Below, one piece after another: positions 57,699-64,000 of a DNA stretch of 64,000 nt (position 1 is the stretch's first letter; every line of letters begins with the position of its first letter). The notes under the pieces are model-generated. The model searched no databases and had not been told where the DNA came from. It saw nothing but the letters and a program-made list of their open reading frames with translations. The stretch lies in contig JAMCUI010000009.1 in assembly GCA_023379265.1 (NCBI GenBank), positions 36,091-100,090 of the forward strand, written 5' to 3'. This stretch comes from Patescibacteria group bacterium (GTDB lineage: Bacteria > Patescibacteriota > Microgenomatia > 2-02-FULL-39-11). A program made the translations under genes and the position numbers.

Positions 57699-58355
57699 TT
57701 AGTTTATCAACTGGAGAAGTTCATTGGGATAGTCGATTAGTTTTTTGGCTCCACCTTCTTGGATCTGTGTTATTGATTGGTATCCCCAAGAAGCTCCTAC
57801 TGGATACATTCCTGATGATTGTGCTGTTTTCATATCAATATCCGAGTCACCTAAGTATATCCAATTTCCTGGGTTAATTTTCATATTTCGGCAAATATTT
57901 AACACTTCTGTCGGATCGGGTTTTTCAGGAGTAACACCGGGGATGATACCTGAGACTTCGCTAAAATAATCATTTCCAAGAAGGCCTTTAACTAAAGATT
58001 GTGTGAAACTGTTTTCCTTGTTAGAAAATACTGCCATTTTCATATCAATTTTTTTTAACTCATTCAATAAGGGAAGAACACCCGTAAAGATTCTTGTCTC
58101 AGGTAAACATCTTTTACCGTACTCTTTTTGTGCTTCTTTATAGACAGCATCAATAACTTCACTCATTTGTTTTCCAGTTGGTAGAGATTGCATTACTAGA
58201 TTTCTGAAGCCCTTACCGATAATTTTTTTATAGAAAGCGATATCGTGTACCGGAAGGTTATGTAATGATAATACACTGTTCATGGTGGCAGCCAATCCGC
58301 CTGCTGTATCAAGGAGGGTTCCGTCAAGATCAAAAAGTACTGCTTGGAATTTCAT
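57699..58355 (-). CDS. HAD phosphatase (phosphoglycolate phosphatase-like)
   Basis: FDLDGTLLDT, SNK, KPDP, GDS.ID..TA, WG. Confidence 0.85.
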   Translation of the reverse strand: MKFQAVLFDLDGTLLDTAGGLAATMNSVLSLHNLPVHDIAFYKKIIGKGFRNLVMQSLPTGKQMSEVIDAVYKEAQKEYGKRCLPETRIFTGVLPLLNELKKIDMKMAVFSNKENSFTQSLVKGLLGNDYFSEVSGIIPGVTPEKPDPTEVLNICRNMKINPGNWIYLGDSDIDMKTAQSSGMYPVGASWGYQSITQIQEGGAKKLIDYPNELLQLIN

Positions 58356-58358
58356 CGT

Positions 58359-59429
58359 TCACTGCTTCCCGAGTTCGTTATATTTCCAGTTCACCTGTTC
58401 CAAAAATCTCCATGCGATAATAAGTTGTGCAAATTTAGTGGCTGAGACATTTTCATTACTCTCTTTAGGATCAAGTAAGTCACCTTTCATGGCTTCCTTA
58501 ATTGGTATGCCTGTGCAGCTGACAATAAAATTTTCCAGACTGGCAATTGTTTGTTCAGGAAGTAAGCCATCAATGGTAACATCCATAACTTTTCTTCCCC
58601 AATATAGACTGGGAACAGCTGCCAGAAGAAAAGGAGGTTGGTTATTATCTAGTATTGACCCCATATTAAGAGGAAGCATAAGACTGGGCAAAGGTTTTTG
58701 TGAGGGTTGGATAATTAATTCCACTTTGTAGGACATCTCCGGCATGGCATAGACCAGTTCATATCGGGCATAGTTTGCCATTTGGGTAAGATTTACTTTA
58801 ATGACGATATTGGCGCTTGTTTTTTGGAAATCTATCCATCTTTTATAAGCTGCTTCACGTTTTAGCATTTCCTCTATCAGTTTTTCTGCAGCATGGCCTC
58901 TTTTTTCCATATCCCGTCTGTATTTCCATTTCCATTTTACTTCCCTAGAGGGATCAACATAGATACTCAGATCCAGAAGAGGTAGAAATTCCGGATAAAG
59001 AGCATGAAGTCCTTCAATTATAATAATTGGAGCAGGGGCAAACGGTCTTGGATTATCAAAATCACCTGTGGCATGATTATATACAGGGATCTCTATTGCC
59101 TTTCCCTTTTTCAGATCTGTCAGGTGCTGATGTAATAGATCAAGTTTGTTTATAGATGGATCTAAGGGCAAATGGCCAGTTTTTAGGCGTTCGGCCCGGT
59201 TTTCCTTGTGATAACCGTCCATTTCAATCGTTTTGACCACGCTTTCACCCAATAGCCTTCTGATTCCATCGCTAAAGACAGTTTTGCCGCTTCCGCTGTC
59301 TCCGGAAATGCCGATAATGAACGGTTCTTTAATCCTGTCCAACATAGAACGCAGAAATAAACAAGTAGGGTGCGATTCAAAAGAGCCGAATTGGAAATGT
59401 TTATTCTGATAATTTAATGATTGGCTCAT
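58359..59429 (-). CDS. prk: phosphoribulokinase (archaeal/cyanobacterial-like class)
   Basis: IIGISGDSGSGKT, D.YH..R..R, YNH.TG.FD, IEGLH, RD...RGH; 356 aa; two genes from rbcL. Confidence 0.85.
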   Translation of the reverse strand: MSQSLNYQNKHFQFGSFESHPTCLFLRSMLDRIKEPFIIGISGDSGSGKTVFSDGIRRLLGESVVKTIEMDGYHKENRAERLKTGHLPLDPSINKLDLLHQHLTDLKKGKAIEIPVYNHATGDFDNPRPFAPAPIIIIEGLHALYPEFLPLLDLSIYVDPSREVKWKWKYRRDMEKRGHAAEKLIEEMLKREAAYKRWIDFQKTSANIVIKVNLTQMANYARYELVYAMPEMSYKVELIIQPSQKPLPSLMLPLNMGSILDNNQPPFLLAAVPSLYWGRKVMDVTIDGLLPEQTIASLENFIVSCTGIPIKEAMKGDLLDPKESNENVSATKFAQLIIAWRFLEQVNWKYNELGKQ

Positions 59430-59540
59430 AACGTTGGAAACAAATATATAAATTAAGCATATGGTGAATAATTTTAGATGTCAATATAACTATTTTAAAA
59501 GATTGACTAGGACAAAAAGCTATGGAACAATTAGATTGTT

Positions 59541-60758
59541 ATGTTAGGTAGTACACTCAGGGATAAGAAATTCGGGGAGTTATTTGCAGATTTGGCAAAA
59601 GGAGCATGCATGTCTTTACGAGACAGGAGAGTTTTAGAGAAAAGGTATGGTTTTAATGGAGAAAAACCGTTGACTTTTTTTCAAATATCCAAGCAAACGG
59701 GTCTCCCTTTACAAAAAATAAAAAAAATTTCCAGATCTGCCATAATTCTCATAAGATCAAAAATGACAGCGGATATGAAAAATATAGATGAAGATAGTGC
59801 ATCACAGAGAATTTCTTCATACCTCAAAAACAGATTTGGTGATACAGGTAAAAAGGATAAAAGACTGGCCGGACGTATATCAAGATACGTAAAAAGATAT
59901 TTTTCCTATTTGCCGGCAAGATATGGAATAGAAAATCTGATTCTACTTCTGGCTTATCCTTCATTTTCCCGACATAAAATACTTATTAAAAAAGTCAGGA
60001 GATTGATGAATAAATCCGGAAAGACTTCACCTCTTTACCTAAACAATAAGCAATCTTTGGTTTTTAGGAAATTGCTTTCCGAGGTTGAGTGGTTTGGACA
60101 GTCGGAGGAAACGAATGACTTATCTTTACCAGATATAAATGAAATCAGTCTGGAAAGTAAAAGAAGGATAAGAAATGTACCTTTCGATTACCAGAAAAAT
60201 TCAGGATCTTTTTACAGCCACAAACTTAAAAGAGAAGTACAATTTGAATCAGGGCGCGAAAGAGAGATGTTTATTTATATGGAGAAACATGATGATGTGG
60301 TTTGGTATAAAGAACAACCCTTAAAATTATCATATCGGTTACAAGGTAAGGATAGGTATGTATATCCTGATTGTCTGTTTGAGCTTTCCAGCGGAAAACG
60401 GGTCGTGGTAGATATACGTCCAGTTTTTAAGATGGCGCTTTCGGAAAATGTATTCAAATGGAGCCTGATGCAAAAGTATTGCAGGAGGAAAGGTTATGGG
60501 TTGCTAATAACAGATGGGAAAAAATCAATCAGCCATTTTCTACGTCATGAGGTTAACAAGGAATTTGCTCAGGCGGTATTGGATAAGCTCCGGAAGATAA
60601 GGCCTAGATCATTGTGGTGGCAGGAATATAAGTCGTTATTGAGGAAACACAAAGCAATCATTGAGGATGACGTGGGACTTATACTGCAGTGCAGGTTGGT
60701 TTGGACGCTGAATCCTTTCAGTCTAAGAGGGAGAGGATTGTCAAGTTATAAATTATAA
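59541..60758 (+). CDS. sigma70 region-4-like HTH fused to a TnsA-like endonuclease domain (both degenerate)
   Basis: N-terminal R.R.VL..RYG..G..P.T...I; C-terminal G.F.S.K..R.V.FES..E, EQP..L.Y, YPD....VDIRP. Confidence 0.7.
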   Translation: MLGSTLRDKKFGELFADLAKGACMSLRDRRVLEKRYGFNGEKPLTFFQISKQTGLPLQKIKKISRSAIILIRSKMTADMKNIDEDSASQRISSYLKNRFGDTGKKDKRLAGRISRYVKRYFSYLPARYGIENLILLLAYPSFSRHKILIKKVRRLMNKSGKTSPLYLNNKQSLVFRKLLSEVEWFGQSEETNDLSLPDINEISLESKRRIRNVPFDYQKNSGSFYSHKLKREVQFESGREREMFIYMEKHDDVVWYKEQPLKLSYRLQGKDRYVYPDCLFELSSGKRVVVDIRPVFKMALSENVFKWSLMQKYCRRKGYGLLITDGKKSISHFLRHEVNKEFAQAVLDKLRKIRPRSLWWQEYKSLLRKHKAIIEDDVGLILQCRLVWTLNPFSLRGRGLSSYKL

Positions 60759-61934
60759 ATAAGCATAATCCACAATCAAGTCGGCTGCTTTTTTATATCC
60801 TCCGGCATCTTTCAGAGTCTTTTCTATTTTATGGGCATTTTCCTTATAAGTTTTATTTGTCAGTAATTCATTTACTGCCGTCATAAAACTGTCCTTTTCG
60901 ACCGGTTTTTTATCCCATGATATACCTGCTCCTAACTCTTGTACTCTGGCTGCGTTGGCTCGTTGCTCCTGTATAAAAGGGAAAAATAGCATAGGCACGC
61001 CATAATAAAGACTTTCGTTGACGCTGTTCATTCCACCGTGGCTGATGAAAAGAGAAGCTTTTTTCAGAATGGAGAGTTGAGGTAGATAGTTGCCTATGGT
61101 GATGTTTTCCGGTATCTCTCCCAAAGCCTGTGGTTTGATATAGCTGCCAAAAGAAAGATATATGCGAAAGGGAGTATTTGCAAATATTTTTACAAATGTT
61201 CTATACAGCAAGGTATTATCGTTATAGACTGTACCAAGTGCTATATAGATTATTGGTTTGTCGGATGTATTTATAGGGAGTGGGGTTTCCGGTCTTTCGT
61301 AAATGATGGGTCCAACAAACTTAAATTGTCGACTAAGTCTGTCTGAGCATGGTTGGAAGTATTTTGACGTAAAGACAAGGTTCAGTTTTTCACTATTTAT
61401 AAACATGTCGGTAATAAAGGGCACCCGCCTGCCGACCTTTTTATATAAGTTGCGGTAATCCTTAAATATCTGGAAAGTATCTTTCGTATGTTTTATCAGC
61501 CTGAAATAATCCGGTAGGAGAAATTTGGTGTATTTTAGAAGAACTGCCGGATGGAGAACCATGCTGGTTACAAGTGAAACAGACGGGGTTTTGGATCTTA
61601 TACCTGCTAGTTTACCCCACAAATTCATTGCGTCGTGAAGTACGCAGTCAGGTTTCTCGATTTCTATCATCCTTTCAAGATTAGGAAGTATTTGTTTTGT
61701 TACTTGAAGGTTTAGTTTGGCTATAATTTCCGCATTTTGCATGACGCGCAAATCCGGAATTTTGACTTTTATAGGAGGAGGGCGAAATTCTGCTCCCGTT
61801 TTTTCTATTTTTACCCTAAAATCTTCAGTATTGTAGACAATAACTTTGTGCCTTCGTCTTACTAATTCTTTTGCTACTCCAAGCGTAGGATTGAGGTGTC
61901 CATACGCCGGGAGAGTAAGGAAAATGAATTTCAT
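60753..61934 (-). CDS. MGT/YjiC-family UDP-glycosyltransferase
   Basis: P.YGH.NPTL, FVGP, IYI.LGT, PQL.IL, FISHGGMNSVNE, EQ..NA. Confidence 0.9.
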   Translation of the reverse strand: MKFIFLTLPAYGHLNPTLGVAKELVRRRHKVIVYNTEDFRVKIEKTGAEFRPPPIKVKIPDLRVMQNAEIIAKLNLQVTKQILPNLERMIEIEKPDCVLHDAMNLWGKLAGIRSKTPSVSLVTSMVLHPAVLLKYTKFLLPDYFRLIKHTKDTFQIFKDYRNLYKKVGRRVPFITDMFINSEKLNLVFTSKYFQPCSDRLSRQFKFVGPIIYERPETPLPINTSDKPIIYIALGTVYNDNTLLYRTFVKIFANTPFRIYLSFGSYIKPQALGEIPENITIGNYLPQLSILKKASLFISHGGMNSVNESLYYGVPMLFFPFIQEQRANAARVQELGAGISWDKKPVEKDSFMTAVNELLTNKTYKENAHKIEKTLKDAGGYKKAADLIVDYAYL

Positions 61935-62055
61935 AAGCGAATTATAGCAGTAATCGGAGGCTAAAAAAAATTATCGGATGCTTCTTATGAAATCGTCAAT
62001 TTTAGAGTATGTTTCGAAAAAGTACAATAAAGACTTTCGGTTTCCTTTTTATCCC

Positions 62056-62679
62056 CTATAAGGGTGCATTTTTTGACTTCTCCGCTTCCCTGGCGTTTTT
62101 AAGAGCGCGTGTCCACCAGGCAAGTTGCGAAAGAAAATCTCCTGCTTGCTGACGAAAAGCCAAAAAATGATCTATTTTGTCACCTTCCTTTTTGTTAAAT
62201 ATTTCCATCATTACCTGAAATGGAATATGTATTCCGGTTCTAATTGGTGCCATTTGTAGTTCTATAGTCACTTCTCTCAGTTGTTCTACGGATCTTGCTC
62301 CACCTACGCTGCCATAGGCAACGAAGCCTACAGCCTTTTTATTCCAAGGATAGTAAACGTGATCCAATGCGTTTTTCAGTGCTGCCGGATATCCATGGTT
62401 ATATTCGGGAGTGACAATGATATACCCGTCGGCTTCTCCAATTTTATCCGCCCATTTTTGGACAACTGGATTGTCATACTTTCCTGTGGTAATCCTTGAA
62501 GGTGAAATAGGTTCGTTAAATAAGGGTAAAGGATAATCCATAAGATCAATAATTTCTACATTCATATCATCTCTTTTTTTTGTCTCCTCAAATATGAATT
62601 GAGCCGCCTTGTCCCCGAATCTACTTTTGCGGATGCTGCCTATTATTATCTTTATTTTTAACTTGTCATTGTTTGCCAT
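62056..62679 (-). CDS. NADPH-dependent FMN reductase
   Basis: IIGS.R..R, TPEYNHG.PAALKNALD, W..K, GG.R.VEQLR. Confidence 0.92.
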   Translation of the reverse strand: MANNDKLKIKIIIGSIRKSRFGDKAAQFIFEETKKRDDMNVEIIDLMDYPLPLFNEPISPSRITTGKYDNPVVQKWADKIGEADGYIIVTPEYNHGYPAALKNALDHVYYPWNKKAVGFVAYGSVGGARSVEQLREVTIELQMAPIRTGIHIPFQVMMEIFNKKEGDKIDHFLAFRQQAGDFLSQLAWWTRALKNAREAEKSKNAPL

Positions 62680-62720
62680 AAAAGCCTCCTTTATTTTTAT
62701 AAAAGTATAATGTATAATAA

Positions 62721-62756
62721 TACTATATAATATATAGTGCTATAATAATTATAGTA
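62721..62756. promoter_or_regulatory. two adjacent inverted repeats; probable HxlR-family operator
   Basis: TACTATATAATATATAGTG and TGCTATAATAATTATAGTA between the divergent reductase and regulator. Confidence 0.5.
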
Positions 62757-62798
62757 CCAATCATAAAATAGTCAAGAGGGGGAAAATAGGCTAAGATT

Positions 62799-63113
62799 AT
62801 GATTATGCAAAAGACGGATCAGAAACAGTGCGGTAAACTGCTTAAAGTTATAGGAGACTTTTGGACATTGTCTATTATTATGGAGCTTAGGGACGGAGAA
62901 CTGAGATTTTGTCAATTGCAGAGGGCATTGGGAAATCTGAATCCAGTCACCCTTACAAACAGGCTGAAGAAGCTGGAAAAGGCAAAATTCATATACAGAA
63001 GAGAAAATCCGAATGAAAAACTAGCAGTCAGCTATACTTTGAGTAAAAGAGGTCAGGGTATGCTGCCTGTTTTGACTGAAGTCCAGAAATTTGCGGCTAA
63101 ATATCGTAGCTGA
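62799..63113 (+). CDS. HxlR/DUF24 family transcriptional regulator with an N-terminal Cys
   Basis: C...L..IG..W.L.I, RF..L, TL..RLK.LE, Y.L...G. Confidence 0.9.
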   Translation: MIMQKTDQKQCGKLLKVIGDFWTLSIIMELRDGELRFCQLQRALGNLNPVTLTNRLKKLEKAKFIYRRENPNEKLAVSYTLSKRGQGMLPVLTEVQKFAAKYRS

Positions 63114-63147
63114 ATAATTCCTTTCGTTACCTTCGGAAAAATTTATC

Positions 63148-63999
63148 TTAGTTCTTAACTTCTTTTGTGACATCGCGAAAATCATAGAAGTGCTTGTTGT
63201 CAAGATAAATATAGTTCCTATCAGGCAAAAGCGGCATGTTGGCGTCAAAATATAAGTTGAATATTGACCTAAACGAGTTTACCGGAGTTATGGTCTGGTA
63301 AAGTTTATCTTTTGAAACTCCAGGCAGAAAATAAGCAGAGAGAATAGGGAATTTCATTTTCAACTCTTTGGTTGTAGCATTTTGCCAGCTCTCTTCCGGT
63401 TGGAGCATACCCGCGATGAACTTGGCACCCTCATCAGACTGAAGGAGTATGACGGGAGGTTTTTGTGAAGCTTTTAATATTGCGTTAATAATTGTTTCCA
63501 GTTTTTTGTTTAAGCAATTCACCTGGTCGGTATAATTTTGTGTTTCCGGCCGAAACCAGTTTTGGGCATAGGATGTTATACCGCAATTTTTATCAAAGAC
63601 ATATGGTCCATGTGGGGAGATGATATGTATAAAGACAAATTTCGGACTTGGCAGTGTTGCTACTTTGGGAAGAGCGTCAAACTGGTAAATGACTATTTCT
63701 CTTTTGTCTTCGTCCGATTCACCAATAACCTTTTCAGGAATCATACCATCAAGGAATGGTTTTAGCGCTGTTGACTCAAGGATGGCATAGGGAAAGATGC
63801 TTATACCAAGATGGTTTTCCTTTTGTATATTGTAGTTGTCATCAGCTAAGGGGTTGTAGCCTGTAGGCCACCACCAGGAACCCATCTGGTAATACCTGTA
63901 TCCTAGTGTGCGGAAAAGTTGTAAAACATTGTTGTTTTGTATCAGAGGAGCGGCAACCGATATATCTGAGGAATTGTGGTGGGATGAGAGATAATCTAT
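63148..63999 (-). CDS. sulfatase/alkaline-phosphatase-superfamily protein, C-terminal part (5' end lies outside the window)
   Basis: F.HI..PH.PYVF, Y..Q, IL.QSD.G, TPVN.FR; frame is open to the window edge. Confidence 0.75.
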   Translation of the reverse strand: MDYLSSHHNSSDISVAAPLIQNNNVLQLFRTLGYRYYQMGSWWWPTGYNPLADDNYNIQKENHLGISIFPYAILESTALKPFLDGMIPEKVIGESDEDKREIVIYQFDALPKVATLPSPKFVFIHIISPHGPYVFDKNCGITSYAQNWFRPETQNYTDQVNCLNKKLETIINAILKASQKPPVILLQSDEGAKFIAGMLQPEESWQNATTKELKMKFPILSAYFLPGVSKDKLYQTITPVNSFRSIFNLYFDANMPLLPDRNYIYLDNKHFYDFRDVTKEVKN

Positions 64000-64000
64000 A

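Noticed and set aside
59541-60758. Tn7-like transposon
   Set aside because: No TnsB, TnsC or TniQ genes or terminal repeats are visible
257-63765. Numerous 60-180-aa ORFs antisense to or overlapping well-supported genes (e.g. 14710-15213, 22787-23266, 56782-57336, 4979-5347)
   Set aside because: They are shadow frames of conserved genes or of the ilvB repeat, with no motifs or initiation signals

Overview
AT-rich bacterial chromosome segment with dense coding and no prophage, intact transposon, rRNA, tRNA or CRISPR that I can see. Gene content and neighbourhoods (DUF4446-DUF3048-wHTH-secD-secF-cca-recJ, short AspRS without the GAD insert, many apparently leaderless genes) suggest a Patescibacteria/CPR (Microgenomates-like) organism; this is inference only. 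For such an organism the biosynthetic content is unusually rich. (1) A convergent pair of branched-chain amino acid operons (ilvD-ilvB-ilvH-ilvC-[ThrC-like::LeuA regulatory domain]-ridA-ilvE and leuA-[leuD::leuC]-leuB), each preceded by an unannotated leader-peptide attenuator. (2) A T-box-like riboswitch with a putative Asp specifier upstream of archaeal-type PEP carboxylase, aspartate aminotransferase and AspRS. (3) A RuBisCO large subunit with intact catalytic motifs facing a phosphoribulokinase and a HAD phosphatase. The best candidate for something undescribed is the ThrC-fold enzyme: it has altered phospho-substrate motifs, is fused to a LeuA/CimA allosteric domain, and sits next to RidA in an ilv operon that has no ilvA, so it may be a new feedback-regulated entry enzyme for isoleucine synthesis. 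Also present: local duplications of gene ends, an in-frame palindromic insertion in gltX, a small Zn-ribbon gene whose 3' UTR is complementary to its own RBS, a two-component system with a MacAB-type transporter, and an orphan sigma-r4/TnsA-like fusion.
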